Shown here: positions 1-12,299 of the stretch, piece after piece
Position numbering within the stretch: the stretch's first letter is position 1
How the letters are laid out: every line of letters begins with the position of its first letter
From: Malacoraja senta
Taxonomy: Eukaryota
Direction of reading: 5' to 3'
Length of the DNA: 64,000 nt
Assembly (NCBI GenBank): GCA_038087875.1
Contig: CM075991.1
Location: 7,690,001 to 7,754,000, forward strand
Program-made: the position numbers and the translations under genes
The notes under the pieces: generated by a model
Told to the model about the DNA's origin: nothing
Seen by the model: the letters and a program-made list of their open reading frames with translations, nothing else
The model's database searches: none

Positions 1-271
1 ATAGAACAGTGCAGCACAGGAACAGGCCCTTCGGCCCACAATGTCTGTGCCGAGTATACTGCTAAGACCAAATCTTATCTGTCTACACGTAATTCATATC
101 CTTCGCATATCCTGCAGATCAATGTGCCTACCCAAAAGTCTCTTAAATGCCACCATCATATCTGCCCCCACCACCACCTGCGATAGTGTGTTCCAGGCAC
201 CCACTATCCTCTGTGTTTAAAAACTTGCCCCACACATTTCCTTTAAACTTTGTCCTTCACCTTACAGCTTC

Positions 272-628
272 AGGGCCGTCATGGTGGCGCTGCGGTAGAG
301 TTGCTGCCTTACAGCGAATGCAGCGCTGGAGACCCGGGTTTGATCCCGACTACGGGCACTGTCTGTATGGAGTTTGTACGTTCTCCCCGTGACCGGGCGT
401 GCGTTTTCACTGAGATCTTCGGTTTCCTCCCACATTCCAAAGACGTAGAGGTTTGTAGGTTAATTGGCTTGGTAAATATAAAAATTGTCCCTAGTGGGTG
501 CAGGATAGTGTGCGGGGATCGCTGGTCGGCGTTAATGTCGTTAATGTGCGGGGATCGCTGGTTAGCGCGGACCTGGTGGGCCGAAGGGCCTGTTTCCGCG
601 CTGTATCGTTAAACTAAACTAAACTAAA
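272..628 (+). mobile_element. HE1-like V-SINE (tRNA-derived)
   Basis: tRNA-like head (GGTGGCGC..GGTAG A-box; GGTTTGATCCC B-box), V-domain GCTGTCTGT..GGAGTTTG..CGTTCTCCCCGTG, CR1-like tail GGGCCGAAGGGCCTGTTTCC ending in (AAACT)n. Confidence 0.85.
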
Positions 629-632
629 ATCT

Positions 633-870
633 CAGGCCAGGGGTCACAGTCTCTGAATGAAGATCAAGTTATTAAGAACAGAGATGAAGAGAAATGTCTT
701 CACTGACAAAGGATGAATATTTGGGATTGGCTACCCTGGAGGGCTGAGGTGTCTCAGATCAATTAACCTCTGGATATTAAGTGACATGGGAATATCGGCT
801 GAATAGGAAATTGATGAATGGTGGAGCAGGCTTGAAAGACTGGACGGCTCCTATTTTTTAATATTCTTAT
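633..870 (+). mobile_element. Degenerate CR1 LINE 3' end
   Basis: Resembles the RGHSL..R..MRRN.F C-terminus and 3' UTR of the intact CR1 at 14640-14958. Confidence 0.65.
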
Positions 871-1236
871 ACTTCACAAAGAGGACATGCAACAGATGAA
901 ATCAACACAGGCCACCTAGTGAAGGCAAACATGATTTTACCAAAAAGAGAACCCTGTTCAAGCAATTAATATTCCATAAAATGTGTGCAGAGAGTGAGAT
1001 ATGCATTCATGAGCCAAAGACAATTCAGCTTCAAAAGAAGACTGTAATTACTGCACCTTTACTTGCAAGAAAGAAGTTCCTTTCTGTACAGGTCACTGTC
1101 CCTTTGTTCCATTAGCCCTGCTATTTCGAGAGATAAAGAGACTGGAACAAATAAGAATGAATTGAAGCATTTAACCGTAAAGATGCTGAACACTAAAACA
1201 TTTGTTTCTGTGGTAAAAGCACGGTCAGAAATTTAA

Positions 1237-1766
1237 AGGGCCTGTCCCACTTGGGCGACCTAATCCGCGAGTTCTGGCGAGTTTGCCCTCGACTCATGCT
1301 CGCATCATGGTCGGCACGAGGTCGTAGGAGGTCTTCGTAACTCTCCTTCATGCTCGAGAGTGGTCTCCGCGTACTCGAGGCCTCAGCTAGGTCGCGGCGT
1401 TTTTTTCCAATATGTTAAAAAATGCCCGCGAGTACAAAAAGGTCGCCATGGAAAAAAATCGATACTTTTTTTATTCGTAGGTTTAGTCGTAGTAGGTCGG
1501 CATGTTAGTCGTAGGTAATCGAGGGTAGTCTAAGGTAGTCGTAGATAGTCTTCATCATAGTCGAAGGGAGGTCAAAGGGAGGTCAAAGGAGATCGAAGGA
1601 GGTCGTCTTCACTCTCCACTATTCGATGTCCAATTTTCCTGAAATTAGTCATAGCTAGTCGTAGCTGGTCTTCAACATAGTCGAAGGAGGTCGAAGGAGG
1701 TCTTCAACATATCATTTTTTCAAACTCTAAACTCGCCAATTAGGTCGCCCAAGTGGGACAGCCCCT
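1237..1766. mobile_element. PIF/Harbinger-type MITE, family A
   Basis: TIRs AGGGCCTGTCCCACTTGGGCGACCTAAT / ATTAGGTCGCCCAAGTGGGACAGCCCCT, flanks TAA/GAA; reverse-orientation sister of 35981-36513 and 42378-42943. Confidence 0.8.
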
Positions 1767-2014
1767 GAAGGATATCAGATGTGTTCTCAGTGTAGAAACA
1801 TTTGAAGCAATATAGGTTTCTCATTCAAACAATGCTCATGGTAAATAATTAGATTAAGTTACCGGTTTCAGTTGCCGGTTATAAAAAATAAAGCTTTATT
1901 TATGAGCAATTATTGCCATCAATATACCTACATTGTCTGTTTTGATCTTGTTGCCAAACAACTAATTTAATAAACTACCAACTAAAAAAGTATAAAATCA
2001 AATGAAAAATGTGT

Positions 2015-3005
2015 AGTCATGTAATCAGTCATACAGCACAGAAACAGGCCCTTCAACACAACTTGCCCACGCTGACCAGCATGCATCACCTACACTAGTC
2101 CCGCCTGCCCACGTTTCGTCCATATCCCTCTAAACCTTTCCTATCCATAATAATAATAATAATAATAATGAATTTTATTTACGGGCGCCTTATACCGAGG
2201 TCTCAAGGACACCTTACAGAGATTTATAGGAAACATATAATCAGAATTCAAAAAATAAGTTATAAAGACCAATACACAAATCAGGGACAGAATTCCTTCC
2301 AAAAAGACAAAAAAAGAAAATCAGAAGCACAATTTGAGGAGAGAGCAGCGGCAACGAAACCGCGCCAGCGTCCACTCTCCCCTCCGACCGCCATCTTGTA
2401 CACAGACTAACAAATACAATTACAAACAATTACATACAAAAATCATCCCCCCACAGTGATTTCCACTGTGGGGGAAGGCACAATGTCCAGTCCCCAGCCC
2501 CAGTTCACCCAAAAAAAGTCAGGCCAAAAGTCAGGCCATGCACCTATCTAAATGCTTCTTAAATGTTGCAATAGTGCCTGCCTCAACAACCTCCTCCAGC
2601 AGCTCGTCCCATACGCCAACCACCCTTTGTGTACAAAAGTTGACCCTCAGGTTCCTATTAAATCTTTCCCTCTCTCACCTTAAATCTATGTCCTCTGGTT
2701 CTCAATTCCCTACTCTGGGCAAAAGACTCTTGTTTGTTTACCCAGACTGTACAAGGGTCTTGACCCAAAACATCACCTGCAACTTTTCTCCAGAGATGCT
2801 GCCTGACCCGCTGTTACTCCAGCATTTTGTGTCTATCTTCACGGCAAACTAGCATCTGCAGTTCCTTCCTACACTGTGCGTTTACCCAATCTATTCCTCT
2901 CATGATTTTATACAGCTCTATAAGATCACCCCCTCATCCTCCTGCACTCCAAGGAATAAAGTACTAGTCTGCTTAACCTTTTGCTGTAGCTTAGGCTCTC
3001 TAGTC
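2015..3005 (-). mobile_element. CR1 3' fragment interrupted by two later insertions (2148-2536 and ~2745-2873)
   Basis: Antisense CR1 3' UTR and C-terminal coding remnants resume on both sides of each insertion. Confidence 0.7.
2148..2536 (-). mobile_element. Unclassified non-LTR retroposon 3' end with (TTA)n tail
   Basis: (TAA)n at 2148-2168 followed by TTTATT; flanked by CCAT on both sides; related motif TTCCCACTGTG.GGGAAGGCAC recurs at ~10740. Confidence 0.5.
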
Positions 3006-3426
3006 TTTAACTTTTTAGAGGTGCCAGGATGCATACAAAACATACTTGGTAAAATCGTCAATGAATCCGGAGGAGGATATTTATTATGGTCGATTCCTCC
3101 TGGACACCAAAGGCTTTGAAGGTTTGAGATCCTCCAGCTGCCCTGCAAGACTGAACTATTCCCAAGCAATACTGAAAAATGCTGCACTAGTTCCAAGGTT
3201 AGCCAGATATCATTTGTCTGTATGGTGGAGAGACATGTCAGCAGAGCCTATACCTGCACAAGTTGCTATATGCAACTGTTTTGCCTCTGTCTTAGGCTGT
3301 AAGACCTTAAGAAGTAGGTGAGAAAGGAGGCCATTCAGCCCATCAAGTTTATTCAGGTTTCCATTAATAACAGGGACACGAAACACCATGTTGGAAAAAT
3401 CTGATCATAAGTCTGCATTGGAAATC

Positions 3427-3730
3427 AGTTTAGTTTAGCGATACAGCGCGGAAACAGGTCCTTCGGCCCATCGAGTCTGCACTGACCAGCTATCCCTGCA
3501 CATTAACACTATCCTACACACACTAGCGACTCTTTACATTTATACCAAGCCAATTAAACTACAAACCTGTACGTCTTTGGGGTGTGGGAGGAAACTGATC
3601 TCGGAGAAAACCCACGCGATCACGGGGAGAACGTGCAAACTCCGTACAGACAGCACCCGTGGTCGGGATCGAACCCAGGTCTCTGGCGCTGGGAGCGCTG
3701 TAAGGCAGCAACTCTACCGCCACGCCACCC
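3427..3730 (-). mobile_element. HE1-like V-SINE
   Basis: Full-length reverse complement of the 272-628 family. Confidence 0.85.
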
Positions 3731-3794
3731 TTGTTAATATTTGTGACAGAAAAATAATATAATTGCATAAACGAAAGAGTTGAGGGGCAATGAG

Positions 3795-4838
3795 TAGGTA
3801 TGTTACAAAACTTACCTTCAGTCACGCTGTAATTCTGTCACTGGCCGTGTGCGCGATTTTGGCGCCTTTAAGGGGGGTGCGGGGTTAAAACGCGGGTTTC
3901 TCCTCCCTTGTCCTGAATTATATTTCGTTGGAGTACAAGCGTTTGCTGAAAAATCGTTCCTAGGGGCGTTTTGTGAATTTTTTATTTTTATTAAATCGTC
4001 AATGTCAGCGCTGGAGTAATTTTAAAAGCAGCTCCTGACGCCGTCAACGCCGATAACGGGGACGTATTTCACACACGGGACAGGTAAACAAAAGTGGTTT
4101 CTTTAAATGTATAAAAGTGCTTCTTAAGAAGCCTTTAATTCACATTTTTTCATGCGAAACGATAATTTTATTCCCCGAACTAACGGCAGAATTTTTCATG
4201 CCAATACGGGGTTAAATTCACCGCAAATGCAACGTTCCAAAAGATTGTGTTCCAGAAATCCTCACTCACAAGATGATTTAAATGCCCATTAATTTACAGG
4301 TATTAAACATTCAATTCCTTCCATTTGGCCTGTAAATTCATGACAATGAGATTTAAAAATTATGTTATATTGTGAATTATTGTGTGAATGTTATTTGGAC
4401 ACTTAGGCTATTTAAAAATGTTAATCTATTCTTAAGAAATTGATAGATGTTTAGATCTAGTAATTGAATTTTGTAATTAGCTACAATTAGGTAACTAACT
4501 AATTATATGCTTTACTTTCATGTCTTCTAAGTAAGATTGTTTCATATTTGTTTCAGAATGCTTCAATCTATAATAACTGAAAATGTATTTCAGTTATCTT
4601 AATTTTTAAGAAGGTTATGGGCTTTTAACTGTCCTCGATCACAGCTTTTGTGTTAAGTCAATGGAAAAGCAATAGGGAACAAGATGCTAATTTCCGAGTA
4701 TGAAAATGGCCATAACTTTTTTAATACTGAAGATATGAAAGTGAATTAGGTGTCAAATTAAACTTCTTTTTATGCTTTATCTGATGGGATAAATTGCAGA
4801 CTTTATTTTTAAAATCTCAAAATGTTGTAACATTGCTA
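3795..4838. mobile_element. Non-autonomous DNA transposon, superfamily uncertain
   Basis: Imperfect TIRs TAGGTATGTTACAAAA / TGTTGTAACATTGCTA; direct repeat CAATGAG at 3788-3794 and 4839-4845; no ORF. Confidence 0.7.
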
Positions 4839-5826
4839 CAATGAGGTAAGAACAAAGCTTGTCTACAGGGACAGCATATGATGCCACCTCTGTTTGCTCA
4901 CTTGAGTTCTGTGGTTATCTGAGATGTCTTGCATCAGGCAGGTCCACCAGTGATTTTCCACGATTCACTCCAAATAATGAACTTTGCAAAAATACAACCT
5001 GCCTAAAGCAAACGAAAAGGAACTCAGGAACCTTTTTCATTTATAAGAAATATGGGCTTAATTCTCAACCAAGGTAAGCTATCAATATTTAATGTCATGC
5101 AGAGGAAGCATTAAACAGATTCAAAGCTTCACTTTATTGTTTCTGAAATTCATTATGCATTGATGTGGTAGTTCACATTGCAGCAGGTTCAGCAGTGAGT
5201 TGAGAAACCCTGTTGCAGAGCGCTGACAATGGGGAAGGGCAGGTCCAAGGTCTTTTCATGTACCTGCGCCGGACTTATGCATAGTGTGCGGGTGATTGTG
5301 GTTGGTGGGGACTCGGTGGGCTGACGGGCCTGTTTCCACGCCGTATCCCTAAACGAAAGTTAAAGTTTCGGGTCGGAACCCTTCTTCAGGCTCAAAGAAC
5401 TCAAAGAAAGACACAAAATGCCGGAGTAACTCAGCGGGACACGTTGAGAACGTTGAGAGGTGGCAGCACAGTTGCGCAGCGGTAGAGTTGCTGCCTTACA
5501 GCACCAGAGACCCCGGTTTTAGTTTTCAAGCATTTCAAGCATTAGCATGTCTTTGTCCATTAGAATACCATTGCCGAAGGGATTTTTTCAGAGCTATGTT
5601 TCAGGGATATGGGGAAAAAGCAGTTAACGGGGTACTGATTTTGGATGATCAGCCATGATCATATTGAATGGCGGTGCTGGCTCGAAGGGCCAAATGGCCT
5701 ACTCCTCCACCTATTGTCGATGTTTCTATGCTGTCTGCGATGCCCTTCTGGTGAAACAATACTGTTTCTTTCTGAGTTGTACTTGTGCAGTCTCCATTAA
5801 AATGGAAGTACAATGTTGGGTCAATT

Positions 5827-5955
5827 AGTCTGAAGAAGGGTCTTGACCCGAAAGGTCAACCATTCCTTCTCTCCAGAGATGCTGCCTGCCCCGCTGAGTT
5901 ACTCCAGCATTTTGTGATTACCTTCGATTTAAACCAGCACCTGCAGTTCCTTCCC
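5827..5955 (+). mobile_element. Penelope-like pLTR tail with hammerhead core
   Basis: CTGAAGA-AGGGTCTTGACCC-GAAA followed by the family tail ..TTACTCCAGCATTTTGTG..CTGCAGTTCC. Confidence 0.7.
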
Positions 5956-6507
5956 AGTAATTAGTAATTGGTGAGTTGGTACAAACTGTACCGGAAGATA
6001 ATTTAGAGTGTGATGTGGAATATGGTTGAGAGCAACACACTTTCATCATTCCAGACCTTTAATGTGATGCTGTCTTTATGTTACTACATACGAGATTCTC
6101 CCTCTATCTTATTTCAATGAGCACAAAATGTACTCTGTTTCACCATCTGCTGCAATCATCATTACGACTCTAATGCTCATCAGGGAGTGTTATCATTTTC
6201 ATAGCTCATGTTAGACTGTAGGTGAATATACTCCAGCAGTAAATGTTTTTATTCTTGCACTGCATAGTACCCAGCGGTGAATGTTGTGGTCCAGGCACTT
6301 GCTGACGCACACTGCCCTTCTTCGGATTAGGGTCGTTGCATCCTTCCTATCCTGCCGTGGAGCAGATGGTGTCTAAGTTTGTCTCGTTCAAACTATAGCA
6401 TGTCAGACTCCGCAGCAGAACCAGAGTACTGCACGAGAGAGGAGCACGAGCTGTCGGCCAAATGGGCCACATGGTGTAATGCTTCCATTGGACAAGATTG
6501 GCAGCAA

Positions 6508-7040
6508 GGGCGGCACGGTGGCGCAACGGTAGAGTTGCTGCCATTTTTTATGCCCCTGTCCCACTTAGGAAACCTGAACGGAAACCTCTGGAGACTTTGC
6601 GCCCCACCCAAGGTTTCCGTGCGGTTTCCGGAGGTTGCAGGTGGTTGCCGGTAGGTAGGGAGACTGACGAAAACTTCCGGGAACCTACAGGAACCGCACG
6701 GAAACATTGGGTGGGGCGCAAAGTCTCCAGAGGTTTCCGTTCAGGTTTCCTAAGTGGGACAGGGGCATTTGTTTGATCCTGACTTCGGTCTGCTGTCTGT
6801 ACAGAGTTTGTACGTTCTCCCTGTGACCGTGTGGGTTTCCTCCGGGTGCTCCGGTTTCCCCCCCCAATCCCAAAGACGTACAGGTTTGTACAGTATGTTA
6901 ATTTGCCCTCTGTGAATTATCCCCAGTGTGCAGGGAGTGGATGAGAAAGGGGGATAGCATAGAACTGGTGTGAATGGGTGATCGATGGTCGGCATGAACT
7001 CAGTGGGCCGAAGGACCTGTGTACATGTTGTGTCTCTAAA
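6508..7040 (+). mobile_element. HE1-like V-SINE split by a MITE
   Basis: Head at 6508-6542, body resumes at ~6771 (TTTGATCCTGAC), tail to ~7040. Confidence 0.8.
6551..6767. mobile_element. Harbinger-type MITE, family B (near-palindromic)
   Basis: About 60 bp of perfect terminal inverted arms starting TGCCCCTGTCCCACTTAGGAAACCTGAACGG; flanks TTA/TTT. Confidence 0.8.
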
Positions 7041-7796
7041 ACTGTACCTGCAGCAGGGTCAGGGTCCAATCTGTCCCATGCGGTGTTCCAGATCAATATC
7101 AAAGCTTGTTCTTTTAACTAGCCCAGCTAACAACTGAGGGCTTGAACCTGCTTCATTCTGAGAGGGCAACTTCACCGTACATCTGTTGAAAAGGACAGAT
7201 CACCACTGTGCTTTCAGGAGCATCAGGGAAGCACGTAAAATGGCGGCCACATTCCAGGAAGCCAATGGCAATTTGGAAATGTCGTACCTAGGACTGAGAC
7301 ATAAGACTGTTCTTTCCATTCAGCCGTTTTTAATTGCCCAGTCTTTGTTTTTGGTGCAAACGATGCCGTTAGCTCGGAGACTGGGCTCCAGCTACGGGTA
7401 GACAAAAGTGCTGGAGAAACTCAGCGGGTGCAGCAGCCTCTAGGGAGCGAAGGAAATAGGCAACGTTTCGGGCCGAAACAACTTCACAGGAGTTACGGGT
7501 CCTTTGAGCAAGCACTTCCATCAAAGCTACACGGAATTATGCAAGGACTCCTCGGGAGATTTAAATTCCATTCCAAGACCTGAGCAACACCAAGAACCTG
7601 AGCATTCCCGACATTTTCTGCTGGTAGTGAGTGTCTTGAACTGAAACATTAACCCTGCTTCGCTTTCTACTGCCATTGCCCCAGTTGCTGAATGTTTCCA
7701 GCAGCTATTTTATTATCTGGAATCCTGTCCTTCTCCTGATGGTGCTAAATACAAGGAAGAACCATTTTCCACAGTGATTTTTAACTGAATATTTAA

Positions 7797-8113
7797 CAGA
7801 GAGAGGGAGAGGGAAAGAGGGAGGGAGGAGAGAGAGAGGGAGGGATGGAGAGAGAGAGAAATTCATGTTCACTTTCTCTCTCCCTCTCTCTCTCCCTCTC
7901 CCTCTGCCCCTCTCTGCATCCCCCTTCCTCCCACCCTCCCTCCCTCTTTCCCCCCTCCCTCCCTTCCTCCCTCCCTCTCTCCCTCTCCCTCTCTCTCCCT
8001 CTCCTCCTCTCCCTCTCTCTCTCTCTCTCCCTCTCCTCCTCTGCCTCTCTCCCTCCCTCCTTCCCTTTTTCCTTCACTCCCTCTCTCCCTCTCTCCCTCT
8101 CCCTCCCTCCCTG
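7797..8113. repeat. Polypurine tract followed by polypyrimidine tract (GA/CT low complexity)
   Basis: GA-rich 7797-7860, CT-rich 7870-8112; outer ends are inverted copies of each other. Confidence 0.9.
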
Positions 8114-8262
8114 TTAACCCACATACACAGCGACTGACCTCAGGATCATCAGGCTTCCATGTTCTATGACGATGGTGTAGAAGAATTAACAGGCAGTTTG
8201 TGATGCCTTTAATCACTGCTGTTATGGGACGGTATCATTCACTTAGCCCATTACCCAGGGAA

Positions 8263-8545
8263 TGGGCCTTTGTTAGCTGTTTGTTTCTCCTAACAGTTAA
8301 CAATGGACCTGTTTCCTTTATCATCGTTACCTTTTTGCATATCATTCATTCATTGTTCTTTATCTCTCCACATCATCGCCTATATCTCTCATTTCCCTTA
8401 TCCCTAACTAGTCTGAAGAAGGGTCTTGACCCGAAACGTTACCCATTCCTTCTCTCCAGAGATGCTGCCTGTCCCGCTGAGTGTGTCCCGCTAAGACACA
8501 CACAGCTTTTTGTGTCTCTCTTCGGTTTAATCCAGCATCTGAAGT
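8263..8545 (+). mobile_element. Penelope-like pLTR fragment
   Basis: Matches the reverse of 39185-39440; hammerhead core at ~8413-8440. Confidence 0.7.
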
Positions 8546-8900
8546 GACCCACACCATCCTGGCCACACACTCATCTCCCCGCTGCCATCAGGTAGAAGGT
8601 ACAGGAGCATGAAATCTGCAACATCCAGGTTCAGGAACAGCTGCTTCCCCTCAGCCATCAGTCTATTAAACTCAACACAAACAAAAATCTGAACTTTAAT
8701 AGCCTATTGCACTTTATCTGTTTATTTATGTGTATATATATATATATATATATTCAATGGTGTATGGACACACTGATCTGTTCTGTATTTATTTATGCCT
8801 GCAATGTTCTGTTGTGCTGAAGCAAAGCAAGAATTGCATTGTCCTATCTGGGACACATGACAATAAACTCACTTGAATCTTCAATCTTCAATCTTGAATC
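8545..8900 (+). mobile_element. Rex1/Babar-like LINE 3' end
   Basis: Encodes DPHHPGHTLISPLPSGRRYRS..SRFRNS.FP, the typical Rex1/Babar C-terminus; tail of ATCTTGA repeats. Confidence 0.7.
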
Positions 8901-9792
8901 TTGAAGTACATCCAAGGAAATGGCCAGACCTGAATGGAAATCTAGAAAAGTGGACATAGGTTTTTGTTTAGCTGTGATCAGCAAGCTATCGCAGCATGGA
9001 CTTGATTTTAAACTATGTGGATGATGCAATGATTACAATACATTATTGGTTTTATTTACATTTGCTCCATCAGTGGGAGCCAAAGATGACTGCGAGGAAT
9101 TAAAATAGGGAAGCAATTATTGTCTGTGGATGTGAACAAACAGTAAGTATTGTCACAAGAGCTGATGCCAGACTCCAGTGTATGGGTTTCACTGAGATCG
9201 CAGCCAAAGAGTATTTGCTGTTAGCTATAGTTAAGTATAAATGTACAATGATCCGAAAATGTCAAATATTTAGACGCTTGTTCTCTAATTGACAGAATCA
9301 GCAGTCAATATATATTTAAGGCGAGTGAATAAATAGATCAATGATATATCCATGGTTCCTGAAGGACCAGACTTAAAATTGGCAATAATACAGAATTAAG
9401 CTTTGGTACCCGGTACTGCAACAGAACGCCAATGACAACTGTGCCGTTTAACACCATCAAAACAGCGCAATTGTTTATTTGATCTTATTTGTGTCTTGAG
9501 ATAATTACATTGAATGCCAGTCAAAGCTAGGCATACGAATCACTTGTCAAGGTGCTTTGTCAATCCAATTGTTATTAATATCCCATTACGGTAGCGTTTC
9601 TAAAGAAAGCCTTTTTAAAATGATATTGCCCCAGCAGAGCACGAATAGTCCCTGATTATATTTCTCTACTGTTTATGAACATTGGCAGCCCTAGTTTAAT
9701 CACTAGCTAATTATACTTTTCATTTGGAACTGACACTTGCTTGATGAATTGGAAGCAACTTGGAAGAAAGTTTCTAACTTGACTTACTGTAA

Positions 9793-10370
9793 AGGGCCTG
9801 TCCCACTTGGACAACCTAATCCACGAGTTTAGAAGACCCGAGACAAGTTGAAAAAAATGTCACGGTCGTGTTGACTCGCCGAAGTAAAAGGCCTCCTACG
9901 ACTATGTCTACGACCTCCTACGACTATGTCTACGACATCCTACGACTATGTCTACGACCTCCTACGACCTCCCTCGACCTCAGTCTTCCACACCTAAGAC
10001 TAATTACGACTAGTTACGAGTGGAAAGTAATCACATGATCAAATGTCATGTTTCCATTCTCGGGCCAGTTACCGACCTACGACTAACCACTACTACCTAC
10101 GACTACCATCACGACCTACTCCGACCTATCTACGAGTAAAAAGTATCCATTTTTTCCATGCCGACCTTTTCTTTACTCGTGGACATTTTTTATCAGGCTG
10201 TAAAAAGCGCCGCGACCTACTTGAGGCCACAAGTACACGGAGACCACTCACGAGCATGAGGAAGAGTTACGAAGACCTCCTATGACCTCATGGCGACCAT
10301 GCTGTGAGTATGAATCAAGGGCAAGCTCGGCAGAGGTCGCCAATTAGGTCGTGAAAGTGGGACAGGGGCT
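9793..10370. mobile_element. Harbinger-type MITE, family A variant
   Basis: TIR core CCTGTCCCACTT at both ends, TAA/TTA flanks, internal 18-21 bp tandem CCTACGACTATGTCTACGA, right half shared with family A. Confidence 0.75.
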
Positions 10371-10877
10371 TTAATCTGCTTTTGGTTCCTGTAATTGTTC
10401 AACAGGATGTGAGACATGGGACAGCAGTGGGGCAAAGGGCACCATTTAATAAGATCCAGGGCTTCATCTATTTTCCCAATCAATCCCCTTGACCTTTGAG
10501 AGATGGAAAATGTTATCAATCGCAGCCTTGATTGTGTTCGAGTCTTCTGAGGTAGAGAGTTCCAATACTTTGAATAGCTGAGTGGTACTGCCTCACAAGA
10601 TACAAGATACATTTATTTCTCACGTGTGCCGGGTGGCACAGTGAAATGTGTGGTCACCATACAGCAATACAATAAAAATAAAGAACACCACACACGATAG
10701 AGTTCAACATAAAACATCCCCACACAGCAGAATCAAAAGTTTCCCACTGTGAGGGAAGGCACCAAAGTCAGTCATCTTCTCCTTCAGTGCTTTGTGTGCG
10801 TGTGTAGATTGCATATCCTCCCTGTAACCATTGGGTTCTCTGGTTTGCTCCTGCATCCCAGAGGCATGCTGGTTATA

Positions 10878-11287
10878 AAGTCTTACAGTGTGGAAACAGG
10901 CCCTTCGGCCCAACTTGCCCACACCGGCCAACATGTCTCACGTACACTAGACCCACCTGCCTGCGTTTGGCCCGTATCCCTCTAAACCTGTCCTATCCAT
11001 GTGCTTGCCTAAGTGTTTCTTATATGTAGCAATAATCCCTGCCTCAACTACCTCCTCCGGCAGCTCGTTCCAAGCACTCACCACCCTTTGTGGTGAACCT
11101 TTGTGTGAAAAAGTTTGTGTGAAAAAGTGGCAAACCTTTGTGTGAAAAAGTTTCTCCTACTAAATCTTTCCCCCCTCACCCTAAACGTGTGTCCTCTAGT
11201 TCCTAATTCCTCTAATCTGGGGAAAAGACTCTGCACATCTACCTGAAGATCAACCCTCATCCTCCTGCACTCCAAGGAATAGAGTCC
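10878..11287 (-). mobile_element. CR1 3' fragment
   Basis: ORF track shows LGLYSLECRRMR..TRGHTFRVRGERF..NFFTQR. Confidence 0.75.
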
Positions 11288-11340
11288 CAGTGGTAGCTTA
11301 ATTGGCCACTGTAAATGACCTTGTTGTGTAGGTGAGTGGT

Positions 11341-11695
11341 GTTCCCGTGCGACCTGCTCCATGGTCGGATAGTCAACGACTAAACCGTCTCCCCCACCTG
11401 GTTTGCCAGGTGAGCAGGGGGCTGTGGACCCCCAGCAGGACCAAAAACAACACCTGTCAAAGGGCGGATGAGCTTCTAGCGAGCCAACGGCCATCCACAC
11501 TTCAGTAGAAGTTGCGATCACTGTCGTACACAGCATTGTAAAGAATGATGATGAAGCACACACACACACCAAAATCCTGTACTTCCAGCGGCGGAAGTCC
11601 GCAGGAACTGGAGGACAGAGATGTGTGGTGCGTCCGTCACCGTTCCCGTTGGAAACCAGCACCACTGCGTCGCTGATGTTTTCAACGATGATGAA
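11341..11695 (+). mobile_element. Short structured retroposon with (GAT)n tail, possibly RTE-related
   Basis: CpG-rich, several hairpins, ends in AACGATGATGAA; no ORF; family assignment is an inference. Confidence 0.4.
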
Positions 11696-11765
11696 ACTGT
11701 CAACCTGAAAATCACCTCTTTACTTCTGCTATTTGTTCCTGCATTTAACCAATCCTCTATCCATG

Positions 11766-11898
11766 CTGTGTAGGAAGGAACTGCAGATGCTGGTTTAAAT
11801 CGAAGGTAGACACAAAATGCTGGAGTAACTCAGCAGGACAGGCAGCATCTCTGGAGAGACGGAATGGGTAACGTTTCGGGTCGCGACCTTTCTTCAGA
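11766..11898 (-). mobile_element. Penelope-like pLTR tail with 12-bp TSD
   Basis: TSD CCTCTATCCATG at 11754-11765 and 11899-11910. Confidence 0.8.
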
Positions 11899-11910
11899 CC
11901 TCTATCCATG

Positions 11911-12295
11911 TTCATCTATGAAGCATGTCCCTGCAAGCCTTACTTTTAATGTAAGTAATCATTTTTTACAAAATGCTTCATCAAATGTACTTTTAAAATT
12001 CAGATATATTACATCTGTTGGTTTTCCTCCTTATTGCTTGTTGGTTTCATTTGCAAAACAATTCTATCATGTTTGTCAAACCTGATTTCTCTTCATAAAT
12101 CCCATGTTCAGTCAGCCTCACAAAATTATGATTTTCTCATTACTCTGTTACCATGTTCTTAATGATAGATTCCAGCATTTTCTCCAAAACAGATGTCACC
12201 TTAATTGGTTTGCAGTTCCCTATCTTGTCTCTCAGTTTTCTGATGTTTCCTTTGCTACTTCACAAGCCACTGGAAAGATTTGAGAATCCAGATGT
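11911..12295 (-). mobile_element. Old degenerate CR1 RT remnant, host of the young CR1
   Basis: Antisense similarity to the NYRPVSLTSV/HGF/LDF motifs; appears to continue just after 14958. Confidence 0.55.
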
Positions 12296-12299
12296 GTTT

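Noticed and set aside
272..360. tRNA genes
   Set aside because: The A/B-box heads are all attached to V-domain SINE bodies; no standalone cloverleaf is seen.
7793..8216. Charged and Ser/Leu/Pro-rich ORFs
   Set aside because: These are translations of a GA/CT low-complexity tract.
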